From positions 1-50,385 of the forward strand of contig DASWVR010000096.1 of the NCBI GenBank assembly GCA_036401155.1: a stretch of DNA of 50,385 nucleotides, read 5' to 3'. The notes under the pieces were generated by a model that was not told where the DNA came from, ran no database searches, and worked only from the letters and a program-made list of their open reading frames with translations. Positions 18,932 to 27,509 of the stretch are shown piece by piece. The position numbers were made by a program, and so were the translations under genes. Every line of letters starts with the position of its first letter. The stretch's first letter is position 1. This DNA comes from Piscinibacter sp. GTDB taxonomy: Bacteria > Pseudomonadota > Gammaproteobacteria > Burkholderiales > Burkholderiaceae_C.

Positions 18932-19717
18932 GGCGCTGCCCGGCTGCGTGTCCTCGGCATCGAGGCCCAGCATGTCCCAATCGGTCGCGAGGCGGAACCG
19001 TTCGGCCGCCTGCGCCAGCGTCATCGCGCGCCGACGCTCCAGTTGCGCCGCGAGCAGGCGCTGCCACGAGCGACGGATGGCCGGATGGTCGGCATCGTGC
19101 GGATGCAGTTCCAGCCGAAGCAGCGGCTTGTCGCGCAGCGTCTGCGCCAGCAGCGCGTTCCACACCAGCGAGGCCTGCCGCCGCCACAGGCTCGAGCTGC
19201 TGTAGACGAGCGCCTGGCTCACGAGGCTTTGCCGGTCGGGCAGCAGCACCAGGCGGCGCAGCGTGCAGGTGTAGCTCAGGTCGAGCCAGCGCAACGCCTC
19301 CCAGGTGCCGTGGCTCATCAGCCAGGCCGGCGCCACGAAGCCGCGCAGCACCAGCCCCTGGCGCGCGAACCAGCGCACGCCGGCGGTGAGCCGCCGCATC
19401 GCCTCGGTGATCGACAGGTCGCTGAACTCGCCTTCGCCGCGGGTGTAGTGGCGCCGCTTCACGCGGTCGACGAAGCCGCGCGGCACGCCGTCGTCCTGGT
19501 GCGTGTAGCCGTGCAGCGCGATCTCGTCGCCGGCGGCGAAGCGGTGGCCCAGCCACTGTCCGAAACTGGCCGGGCTCGGCTCGCAGTGGTAGCGCGGCAC
19601 GGCCAGCAGCGTGAGCGGCAGCTCGGCCACGTCGTGGACCGCTCGAATCACTCGTTCGCAGGCGGGCAGGGTGGCAGGCGCAACGTCGTGCAGGACTACG
19701 CAGAACGCCTGCTTCAT
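18836..19717 (-). CDS. Polysaccharide deacetylase-like protein (DUF2334)
   Basis: VVLHDVAP, LHGYTH, GEGEF, GFVAPAW, LRLELHPHD; ATG overlaps stop of upstream GT4. Confidence 0.88.
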   Translation of the reverse strand: MKQAFCVVLHDVAPATLPACERVIRAVHDVAELPLTLLAVPRYHCEPSPASFGQWLGHRFAAGDEIALHGYTHQDDGVPRGFVDRVKRRHYTRGEGEFSDLSITEAMRRLTAGVRWFARQGLVLRGFVAPAWLMSHGTWEALRWLDLSYTCTLRRLVLLPDRQSLVSQALVYSSSSLWRRQASLVWNALLAQTLRDKPLLRLELHPHDADHPAIRRSWQRLLAAQLERRRAMTLAQAAERFRLATDWDMLGLDAEDTQPGSASDDHQHEHARQPADQRAGRHVARVVQAEHDA

Positions 19718-20895
19718 TGCGGCAGGCTGGCCGCACGCCGGCGCGGCGCGATGCGGTCGTCGTGGCGGCGCGCACCGTCGCGCATCATCTGCCGGTAGTG
19801 CATCAGCAGCAGCGGCAGCATCTGGTTCCAGTCGTAGGACTCGGCGCGCTCGCGCGCGCGCCGCGACGGGCCGTTGCGATCGCGCATGAACAGGCCCGAG
19901 ATGGCCTGCGCGTAGCTGTCGGGCCGGTTGTCGTGCACTGCCGCGCCGACGCTGTCGTCCACGAGTTCGGCCAGGCCTTCGGCCGCGCGGGCGACCACCG
20001 GCGTGCCGCAGGCCATCGCCTCGAGCACCGACAGGCCGAAGGTTTCCTGATCCCCCGCATGTACGAACGCATCGGCGCTTGCGAGCACCCGCGCCAGCGC
20101 CATCGGGTCGGACAGGTGCGGCTGCACGATGACCCGGTCGCCGCTGGGCGGGGTCGGGCCGGCGCCGACGGCCAGCAGCATGTACGGCGCGCCGAGCCGG
20201 CGCACCGCCTGCGCCAGCACGTCGAGATGTTTTTCGGGCGCGAAGCGGCCGGCGTAGACGAGCAGCCGCGTGGCCGGCGCGAGACCCAGGTGGTTGCGCC
20301 ACATCGGACTGGCGCGCGCGGCATGGAAGAGCTGCGTGTCGACCCCCAGCGGCTGCGCGGCGACACGTTCGACACCCCAGTCGAGCAGGCGCAGACGCAT
20401 CGCCTCGCTGGGCGCGAGCACGAGGTCGAAGCGGCTGTAGAGCCGGCGGGCGTAGCGGCGCGCGGCACGCGCTGCCGCGCCGGCCAGGCGCGCGCCGGCG
20501 AAGCTCGCCGCGAGCAGTTCGAGGTTGGAATGGCAGAACGCGATCGCCGGCACATGCAGCGTGTCGGCGGCGTCGAGCGCCGCCCAGGCGAGCCGGTACG
20601 GGTCGCCGGCTTCGATGACGTCGGGCTGCAGCTCGACCAGTGCCTGCGCCAATGCGCGCCGGCGAATCGGCAGGCGATAGCCGCCCGAGCCGGGCAACGC
20701 GATGGCCGGCAGCTGCGTCATGCCGGGCAGATCGGCCACCGGGGCGGCGATCGTGTGCCGCCAGGCGGTGTGCCGGCCCAGCCACTGGTGCTTGGCCTGC
20801 AGGTAGCGGCGCACGCCGCCACCGGTCGAGCTCCAGAACATCGTCGCGTCGACCAGATGCGGGCCCGCCGCCGATTCGGACTGCTCGTTCGTCAT
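19714..20895 (-). CDS. GT4 glycosyltransferase
   Basis: DATMFWSSTGGGVRRYL; AGRFAPEK; ETFGLSVLEAMACGTPVV. Confidence 0.92.
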   Translation of the reverse strand: MTNEQSESAAGPHLVDATMFWSSTGGGVRRYLQAKHQWLGRHTAWRHTIAAPVADLPGMTQLPAIALPGSGGYRLPIRRRALAQALVELQPDVIEAGDPYRLAWAALDAADTLHVPAIAFCHSNLELLAASFAGARLAGAAARAARRYARRLYSRFDLVLAPSEAMRLRLLDWGVERVAAQPLGVDTQLFHAARASPMWRNHLGLAPATRLLVYAGRFAPEKHLDVLAQAVRRLGAPYMLLAVGAGPTPPSGDRVIVQPHLSDPMALARVLASADAFVHAGDQETFGLSVLEAMACGTPVVARAAEGLAELVDDSVGAAVHDNRPDSYAQAISGLFMRDRNGPSRRARERAESYDWNQMLPLLLMHYRQMMRDGARRHDDRIAPRRRAASLPQ

Positions 20896-20906
20896 GCCCG
20901 CGCTCA

Positions 20907-20922
20907 GGCAATCGATGTTCCC
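20907..20922 (-). promoter_or_regulatory. sigma54 promoter, probably giving a leaderless mRNA
   Basis: gGGAACATCGATTGCc on minus strand; predicted +1 about 20896, ATG at 20895. Confidence 0.6.
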
Positions 20923-20945
20923 GCGCTCCCTGCCGGCGCAGAGCC

Positions 20946-20961
20946 GGGCACGGCAACTGCC
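20946..20961 (+). promoter_or_regulatory. sigma54 -24/-12 promoter
   Basis: gGGCACGGCAACTGCc. Confidence 0.7.
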
Positions 20962-21018
20962 CGCATGTTCCAGGTGCGGTGGTCGCGTTCACCGCCCCTC
21001 ACACGAAAGGAAACCACC

Positions 21019-21471
21019 ATGTCCAACGACGACATCGTCGACACCCTGAACGACCTGATCGAGACCTGCAAGGATGGCGAATACGGCTTCAACGCCTGTG
21101 CCAAGCACACGTCGTCGAGCGAACTGCGCGAGCTGTTCATGCAGCGTGCCGCGGAATGCCGGACGGCGGCGGCCGAACTGCAGCCGTATGTCGTCCAGTA
21201 CGGCGGCAAACCCGACCAGGGCGGCAGCGCTTCCGGCGCCCTGCATCGCGGCTGGGTGGCAGTGCGCGGTTCGCTGGTGGGCTTCTCCGACCAGGCGATG
21301 CTCGACGAGTGCGAGCGGGGCGAAGATGCTGCGCTGGCGCGCTACCGCAAGGCCCTGAAACAGGAACTGCCCGAGCCGCTGATGGCGCTGGTGCAGCGCC
21401 AGGAAATGGGCGTGCAGCGCAACCACGACCAGGTGAAGGCGCTGCGCGACCGGCAGAAGGCCAACTCCTGA
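21019..21471 (+). CDS. PA2169-family four-helix bundle (DUF2383) protein
   Basis: LNDLIETCKDGEYGF...GALHRGW...ECERGED..LARY; AAGGA RBS. Confidence 0.92.
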   Translation: MSNDDIVDTLNDLIETCKDGEYGFNACAKHTSSSELRELFMQRAAECRTAAAELQPYVVQYGGKPDQGGSASGALHRGWVAVRGSLVGFSDQAMLDECERGEDAALARYRKALKQELPEPLMALVQRQEMGVQRNHDQVKALRDRQKANS

Positions 21472-21563
21472 GCGCGTGCCGCGGCGCTGCGTAGGATCTT
21501 CCGCATCGTTTACAGGCTAAAGGCGAGGCGCTGCCTCGCCTTGTTCAAGGAGGAGTGAAGAAA

Positions 21564-22241
21564 ATGACCACCAGCATGTCCCGCTTCGTGCTGACGGCGT
21601 CGGCGCTGGCCGCCTCGCTGGCCGTCTCCGCCTGTGGACGCGACGACCGCATTCCGCTGCCCGAGGCCGGCGCGCCGCCGGCCACCACGTCGTCCGAATC
21701 CACGAGCAGCGCCACGCCGCCATCGACAACGATGGCCGGCACCCCTGGTTCGATGATGGAGCAGAACCCGCCGGGGGCGATCGGCACGCCCGCCTCCACG
21801 GCGCTCGGACAGTCCGACCAGGAATTCATGGCCAAGGCCGTCGAAGGCGGGCAGTTCGAGCTGGAGGTCGCCAAGCTGGCGGCAGAGAAGGAGAGCGATC
21901 CGGCGGTCAAGTCGTTCGCCCAAATGCTGATCGACGACCACGGCGCGGCCAACGACCGACTGCGCGAGATCGCCACCAGCCACAACGTGGCGTTGCCGGC
22001 GGCGCTGCCCGACGAGAAGAAGAAGGAGTTGGAGCGGCTCGCCCAGCTGTCGGGCGCGGAGTTCGACCGCGAATTCGTCCGGATCGCAGGCGTGAAGGAC
22101 CACCACCACGACATCGACGAGTTCGAGAAGGCGAGCACGCAAGCGCAGAACCCGGACGTCAAGAACTTCGCCCAGAGCACCTTGCCGACGCTGAAGAAGC
22201 ACCTCGAGGCGGCGCAGAAGCTGCCCGGCGCCAAAGGCTGA
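21564..22241 (+). CDS. DUF4142 lipoprotein (ferritin-like)
   Basis: Lipobox LAVSAC; DQEFM...VKSFAQMLIDDH...FDREF...LPTLKKHLEAA. Confidence 0.9.
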   Translation: MTTSMSRFVLTASALAASLAVSACGRDDRIPLPEAGAPPATTSSESTSSATPPSTTMAGTPGSMMEQNPPGAIGTPASTALGQSDQEFMAKAVEGGQFELEVAKLAAEKESDPAVKSFAQMLIDDHGAANDRLREIATSHNVALPAALPDEKKKELERLAQLSGAEFDREFVRIAGVKDHHHDIDEFEKASTQAQNPDVKNFAQSTLPTLKKHLEAAQKLPGAKG

Positions 22242-22260
22242 ACGGGACGGCAGGCCCCGC

Positions 22261-23358
22261 TTGAGCGCCGCCGCGCACACGGACCCGCTTCCGCGGGGCC
22301 GTGCGCGCGCCGCGCCCGCGCAGCGGGCGGCGAAGGCATCGGGCGGCGATGCCGCGCCACCGGGCCTCGTCTATGTCAGCGACCGGATGCCCGGCATCCG
22401 CCGGGTGCGCCGCGGCAAACAGTTCAGCTACCGCCTGCCCGACGGCCGCCCCCTGCGCGACGATGCCGCGATCGCGCGCATCCGCCGCCTGGCGATTCCA
22501 CCGGCCTACACGGACGTGTGGATCTGCACGCTGCCGCATGGCCACCTGCAGGCCACCGGCCGCGACGCACGCGGGCGCAAGCAGTACCGCTACCACCCCG
22601 AGTGGCGGCTCGCCCGCGATGACCACAAGTTCGCCCGCATGGCCGAGTTCGGCCGCGTGCTCCCGCGCATCCGCCGCCGGGTCAAGGTCGACCTCGCCCG
22701 GGCAGGCGGCGAACGCCCGTCGCGCGAGGTGGTGCTGGCGGCGCTCGTGCGTCTGCTGGACACGACGCTGCTGCGCATCGGCAACGACGAATACGCGCGC
22801 AGCAACGGCTCCTTCGGGCTGACGACGCTGCGCAATCGGCATGCCGCCGTCGAGGGCTGCCGGCTGCGGCTGCGTTTCAAGGGCAAACACGGCGTCGTGC
22901 ACGACGTGGCGCTCGACGATGCGCGTGTCGCGCGCGTCGTGCGGCGCTGCCAGGCGATGCCCGGGCAGGAACTGTTCGAATACGAAGACGAGGGCGGCGC
23001 GATCCGTTGCGTGGGTTCGGCCGACGTCAACGACTACCTGCGCGAAGCAAGCGGCGCCGACTTCACCGCCAAGGACTTCCGAACCTGGCACGCCAGCGTG
23101 CATGCGCTCGAACTGCTGCGGCAGCCGCCGGGCGAAGGCGGCGGCGCGCGCCGCACCGCCAACGAGATCCTGGCGGAGGTGGCCCAGCGCCTGGGCAACA
23201 CGGTCGCCGTGTGCCGCAAGGCGTATGTGCATCCGCAGGTGCTCGAACTCGCACAACGTGGCGGGCCCCCGCCGGACGCCGCCGGCGCGCCGCCACGCGC
23301 CGGCCTGTCGGCGCGCGAGGCCGACCTGATGGCGTTCCTCGCGGCCGCGGCGCGTTAA
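22261..23358 (+). CDS. DNA topoisomerase IB (bacterial, poxvirus-like)
   Basis: IPPAYTDVWI, GRDARGRKQYRYH, LRIGN, FGLTTL, KDFRTW, LGNT..VCRKAY (catalytic Tyr). Confidence 0.95.
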   Translation: MSAAAHTDPLPRGRARAAPAQRAAKASGGDAAPPGLVYVSDRMPGIRRVRRGKQFSYRLPDGRPLRDDAAIARIRRLAIPPAYTDVWICTLPHGHLQATGRDARGRKQYRYHPEWRLARDDHKFARMAEFGRVLPRIRRRVKVDLARAGGERPSREVVLAALVRLLDTTLLRIGNDEYARSNGSFGLTTLRNRHAAVEGCRLRLRFKGKHGVVHDVALDDARVARVVRRCQAMPGQELFEYEDEGGAIRCVGSADVNDYLREASGADFTAKDFRTWHASVHALELLRQPPGEGGGARRTANEILAEVAQRLGNTVAVCRKAYVHPQVLELAQRGGPPPDAAGAPPRAGLSAREADLMAFLAAAAR

Positions 23359-23393
23359 TCTCCGCCCATGGCACTCGACTTCGGAGCACGACG

Positions 23394-23960
23394 TTGGCTT
23401 CTCGCATCAGATCCCTCATCTCTGCAACCCTCCTGGTGGTGCTCGGTGCCGCAGGCGCGGCGGCACAACCGACGGCATCACCCGCGGCAGCGGGTGGGTG
23501 CACCGTGGTGGCCGGCGGCGGGCGGCAGCTGCAAGGGGGCGACACCCTGCTGAAGGACCGCTGGAACCGGCTGAACTTCTCCTTCTTCGACGCCGCCGCC
23601 GCCGCGGTGGGCGCCGAGCGGCGGATCGTGCCGACGTTCTTCCCGGTCGAATCGAGCGAGCCGAACAAGAACGATGCGCGGGCCCTGTCCGAAGCCGCGA
23701 AGGCGGGCTGCACGACCGTGCTGTTCGTCAGCGTGTTCGACGACGAGACGCAGGCCGAACCCGAACTCGTGTTCGCGCTGAAGGCGCTGGCGGTGCAGGC
23801 GAAGCCGGGCCGCGAGCGGGCACCCCGCTTCGCCCCCGGCGGCGCGCTCTACGAAAAGGAGTACCGCTATCCGGCCACGCCCGAATCGCTCGCCCGCGTG
23901 GTGCCGGGCCGCATCGCCGAGCGTGCGGTGGACGACTACCTGAATAGCGTCAGGCGCTGA
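23394..23960 (+). CDS. Secreted hypothetical protein
   Basis: GGAG RBS + TTG; signal peptide ...LLVVLGAAGAAA/Q; two Cys. Confidence 0.7.
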   Translation: MASRIRSLISATLLVVLGAAGAAAQPTASPAAAGGCTVVAGGGRQLQGGDTLLKDRWNRLNFSFFDAAAAAVGAERRIVPTFFPVESSEPNKNDARALSEAAKAGCTTVLFVSVFDDETQAEPELVFALKALAVQAKPGRERAPRFAPGGALYEKEYRYPATPESLARVVPGRIAERAVDDYLNSVRR

Positions 23961-23987
23961 GCAAGCTCGAGGCGTCGGCTGGATACC

Positions 23988-24353
23988 TCAGGGCGTGCCC
24001 TCGCCGGCGACTCCGCGGATCGTCTCGCGCCCGCGTCCCTGTCCGTCGCGCAGGCGGCCGAGCGTGCTGTCGAGCGTGCGCAGCAGCTTGTCGGCGGCGC
24101 CGCCGAGTGCGTCGGCCACATTGCCGGCGTCGTGGCTCACGGCCACCGGCTGGCGCCCTGTCACGCGCGCCTCCAGCGTGCAGCGTTTGTCCTGATCGCC
24201 GACACGGGCCTTGTTGCTGTCGCTCAGGTGCACCTCGATGCGGGTGACCTGGTCGCGAAACCGCGCCAGCTTGTCCTGCAGCACGCTGTCGACCCAGGCG
24301 GCGAGCGAATCGGGGCCCTGGACATGATCGTCGGTGTTCAGTTGGACCTGCAT
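23988..24353 (-). CDS. HPF/RaiA-family ribosome-associated protein
   Basis: MQVQLNTD...TRIEVHLSD...DKRCTLEAR; AAGGA RBS. Confidence 0.9.
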   Translation of the reverse strand: MQVQLNTDDHVQGPDSLAAWVDSVLQDKLARFRDQVTRIEVHLSDSNKARVGDQDKRCTLEARVTGRQPVAVSHDAGNVADALGGAADKLLRTLDSTLGRLRDGQGRGRETIRGVAGEGTP

Positions 24354-24679
24354 GGACTTCCTTCGAGGTAGAGGTGTGAAAGTGGGAGTGGCCCCGATGG
24401 CGAAGGTTCACGCCATCACGGACAGGGTCGACAACAACGCGACGGCGACGCCGCCGCGCAGCAGATACAGCGCGCAAGGCTCCCGCCGCCGGCGCAGCGC
24501 CGGCCTCAACCAGTTCGACCGGCGCGCCGCCGCCGAACTCGGCGTTCGTGGTCGCACGCGTGCCAGAAACTCGCCGCATGTGGGGCCGGACACTGCGGCG
24601 CTCGTGTGAGCTCAATCGCAAGCGGGCCGTGGGTATGCTTGGAGAGGCTGCGCGCTCACGGCGCTGCGGTGGATGGAGC

Positions 24680-24695
24680 GGCAAGCGCCATACCC
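24680..24695 (-). promoter_or_regulatory. sigma54 -24/-12 promoter
   Basis: gGGTATGGCGCTTGCc on minus strand. Confidence 0.6.
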
Positions 24696-24711
24696 GGGCA
24701 CGCGAGCTGCC
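24696..24711 (+). promoter_or_regulatory. sigma54 -24/-12 promoter
   Basis: gGGCACGCGAGCTGCc. Confidence 0.65.
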
Positions 24712-24739
24712 ACCTCGACCCAGGCACCGAGGAATCGAC

Positions 24740-24922
24740 ATGGATCAACCGCCCACCGAACCCGCCGGTACGCCGGCACCGAACCCGCCGCACGACGCGG
24801 AGCATGCCCCGGCGCCCGTGGATCTGACCGAGGAATCCGTCGCCGGCGAAGAGGACCCCGGCGCGTCGCTCGACGACGGTTGCGCCGAGCCCGTGCCGCG
24901 TCCGCCCGGCAAGCGTAGCTGA
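24740..24922 (+). CDS. Small acidic protein (60 aa, ESVAGEEDPGA motif)
   Basis: GAGGA RBS, sigma54 motif upstream. Confidence 0.65.
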   Translation: MDQPPTEPAGTPAPNPPHDAEHAPAPVDLTEESVAGEEDPGASLDDGCAEPVPRPPGKRS

Positions 24923-25003
24923 CCGCGCGTTCACGCATCGCGTCGCAGCGCTGCACGGCGGGCGACAGGGTAGCTGGCGGCCGCTGCGCCCGACCCGGTC
25001 CGA

Positions 25004-25591
25004 TCAGTGCCTGCGATGCTCCAGCTCGCGCCCGAGCAGGTAGGCGCCGGCGAGCAGGCCACCGGCCACGAGCATGGTGCCCGCCGGCATCGTGCGCGCG
25101 GTGTTGCGTGCCATCTCGGCGGCATGCGGGCGCGCGAGCTGCAGGCGGCGCTTCGTCATCTGCGCGCCGAGCTCCGACAGCCGCCCGGCGAGCAGCCGCT
25201 CGGCCGCGGGCAGCAGCACCGCCTCTTCGTCGGCCACGTGGTGCGTGACGCCGCGCATCAGCTCCATGAAGCGGGCGTCGAACGCGGCGTCGTCTGGCGT
25301 CATGCCGCGCAGCTCGCCGATCAGGCGGCGCATCTCGTCGTGTTCGGGCGTGGCCCGGGCCAGCACCTCGTTGCCGCCGTCCACCTCGCGCAGGGCCGGA
25401 TATAAGATCTCCTCTTCCAGCTGGGCGTGGATTTCGAGGGCCAGGCAGACCGCGTCGACGATCGCGCGCTTCTTGCCGGCCGATGCGTCGGCACTGAACT
25501 TGTGGGATGTCAGCAGCACATGCGAATGATCCGCGCGGATCATCTTCGTGATGCTGGGAGACAGCTTGCCGAGAACCTTCGCCTTGTCCAT
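25004..25591 (-). CDS. Hemerythrin/HHE domain protein with C-terminal hydrophobic anchor
   Basis: RADH...HAQLEEEILYP...EH...HHVADEE; AGGAG RBS. Confidence 0.9.
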   Translation of the reverse strand: MDKAKVLGKLSPSITKMIRADHSHVLLTSHKFSADASAGKKRAIVDAVCLALEIHAQLEEEILYPALREVDGGNEVLARATPEHDEMRRLIGELRGMTPDDAAFDARFMELMRGVTHHVADEEAVLLPAAERLLAGRLSELGAQMTKRRLQLARPHAAEMARNTARTMPAGTMLVAGGLLAGAYLLGRELEHRRH

Positions 25592-25625
25592 GGAGTGCTC
25601 CTGTTCACCTTGAGACGGTGAGCGG

Positions 25626-25641
25626 TGCAATGGGCGTTCCC
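25626..25641 (-). promoter_or_regulatory. sigma54 -24/-12 promoter
   Basis: gGGAACGCCCATTGCa on minus strand. Confidence 0.65.
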
Positions 25642-25675
25642 GCGCGGTGTGCCGCGGCGCCGGCGACCCAGGGAG

Positions 25676-26266
25676 TCAGTTCTGTCCGCCGAGCGCGCGG
25701 ATCGCGCGGGCACGCCGTCCCGCCGAGGGGTGGGTGCTGTTGTCCCGGCCTTCGCCGATGCTGTCGAACAGCCGCGCGGCTTCTTCCGGGTCGAATCCGC
25801 TGTCGCGCATCAGGCGAACGGCGAAGGCGTCGGCGTCGAGTTCGTTGCGGTGCGAGATTGGCGTCAGCCCCGAGGCCACGGCGGCGCGCGCGGCGGCCTC
25901 GTCGGCCGAGCCCTGCACGGCACGCGCGACGAAGCTGCTGACGGCGGCATGATGGGCGAGGCGCAGGTGGCCCAGCTCGTGGGCCACGATGAAGAAGCGC
26001 TGGGCGGCGTTGAGCCGGCTCAGCCGTGCGCTCAGCACGATGGTCTGGCCCTTGTGCACGAAGCCGTCGACGCTGCAGTCCATCACCTCGAAGCGCACGC
26101 CGGCGGGCACGGGCGTCGCCTGCTGGAGCGCGGCCACGTCGGATTCGACCAGCTGGCGATGCGGGTGCGTGGCGGCGATGGGCGCGCAGCCGGCCGGGCT
26201 GGCCTCGAGCTGCTCGACGATCCGGTCGGCAAGCGAATTGGCGTGCGCGGCGCTGGCGAACAGCAA
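25676..26266 (-). CDS. M48-like zinc metallopeptidase (start uncertain)
   Basis: AHELGH, ELDADAFA, THPS..RR motifs. Confidence 0.8.
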   Translation of the reverse strand: MLFASAAHANSLADRIVEQLEASPAGCAPIAATHPHRQLVESDVAALQQATPVPAGVRFEVMDCSVDGFVHKGQTIVLSARLSRLNAAQRFFIVAHELGHLRLAHHAAVSSFVARAVQGSADEAAARAAVASGLTPISHRNELDADAFAVRLMRDSGFDPEEAARLFDSIGEGRDNSTHPSAGRRARAIRALGGQN

Positions 26267-26419
26267 GGCCGCGACGGTGGCGATGGTCTTGATACGGCCC
26301 CCGCGTGCATGTCTTCGATGAAGACTGCATGCTCGGGCGCCGCGCTTTTCTCAAAGCCCGGACAAGAGGCCGCTTTGCCGGCCAGTTCGGTGTTCCGCGG
26401 GGAGGCGGTCCGCGGGGCG

Positions 26420-26962
26420 TCAGGAGGGGAAGACGGCCGCGGCAGGCGGCGCGTGCACACCGCCCAGAAGCAGGCGCGCCTCTTCGAGCCACTCCGTGGG
26501 CCCGTGGCGCCCGATCGGCGGATGCTGTCCCGCCTCGTGCACCACGTAGGCCTGGGCATCGAGCCCGACGGCGAGCCGCTGGGCCGCATCGAGCTGCTCG
26601 CCCAGCAGCGGCAGCAGCCGGAGCTGCTCCTCGCTCACGAGGCGGCAGGTCGCCTCCAGGAGGACGGCCAGTCCGTCGGCGAACGCACCGGTCTCGGATT
26701 TGAGCGTGAGCAGCTCGGCGAAGGCGTGGGTCAGCCTGGCGTGGCCGATCAACAGTTCGGAACTCACGTCCTTCCAGCCGACCGACTTGAGCGCGGGGTA
26801 GACCACCTTCCGGACGGCGGTCAGGTGGCCGCCCAGCACGGCGGAAAAGTCACGGAAGCGCTGCTGCGCCGCGGCCGGCGAGACGCACGCGCGCAGCTCG
26901 TCCGCCTGCCGCGTCAGCAACGCGTGGTCGGCTCGCAGCACGGCGACGATGTCGTTCTTCAT
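26420..26962 (-). CDS. Degenerate hemerythrin-like protein
   Basis: VLRADH...GH...VVYPAL...GH...EE...LLP spacing, with several metal ligands lost. Confidence 0.65.
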   Translation of the reverse strand: MKNDIVAVLRADHALLTRQADELRACVSPAAAQQRFRDFSAVLGGHLTAVRKVVYPALKSVGWKDVSSELLIGHARLTHAFAELLTLKSETGAFADGLAVLLEATCRLVSEEQLRLLPLLGEQLDAAQRLAVGLDAQAYVVHEAGQHPPIGRHGPTEWLEEARLLLGGVHAPPAAAVFPS

Positions 26963-27001
26963 GGGTGAAAAGCATGATTCATGTCGGGTCAGACGGACAA
27001 A

Positions 27002-27017
27002 GGCAAAACCGATGCCC
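27002..27017 (-). promoter_or_regulatory. sigma54 -24/-12 promoter
   Basis: gGGCATCGGTTTTGCc on minus strand. Confidence 0.75.
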
Positions 27018-27055
27018 TGGGGCAAACCCGCGCTCGAGCGCGTCGCGCAGGCAAT

Positions 27056-27478
27056 TCATTCCACGAGGCGGCAAGGGTTGCCGTCGAACGCGATCGCCGC
27101 CGACTCCTCGTCTTCCCTGCGTCCGAGCGTCGCCAGCGTGGCGAGGGCTGCGCTCACGTCGTAGGGCTTCTGCAGGAAGGCGTCGTAGAACGAGCAGCGC
27201 GGACGCACCATGTCTTCGGGCAGCCCGCTGGTCATCACGATGGCGATCGCACGTGTCTGCTCGTTCTCGCGCAGGCGACGCGCCAGGGTCGCGCCGTCCA
27301 TGGTCGGCATGACGTAGTCGAGCATGACCACGTCCGGGCGCGCACTGCTCAGGCAGGCCAGCGCCTCGGCGCCGTTGCGCGCGCACACCACGGCGTAGCC
27401 CTCGCTGCGCAACACGTCGCCCAGCACCTCCAGGTTGGCGGTGTCGTCGTCGACCAGCAGCACTCGTTTTGCATCCAT
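27056..27478 (-). CDS. Single-domain response regulator
   Basis: VLLVDDD, MLDYVMPTMDG, MTS, QKP. Confidence 0.88.
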   Translation of the reverse strand: MDAKRVLLVDDDTANLEVLGDVLRSEGYAVVCARNGAEALACLSSARPDVVMLDYVMPTMDGATLARRLRENEQTRAIAIVMTSGLPEDMVRPRCSFYDAFLQKPYDVSAALATLATLGRREDEESAAIAFDGNPCRLVE

Positions 27479-27509
27479 CGTCCCAGCCCCCGTTGTTGGC
27501 CCTTCGGCA

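Noticed and set aside
22261-23358. Tyrosine recombinase/integrase
   Set aside because: Motifs match topoisomerase IB, and no att sites or phage genes are nearby
24334-24609. Short ORFs on both strands upstream of the HPF gene
   Set aside because: No convincing RBS, motif or codon bias
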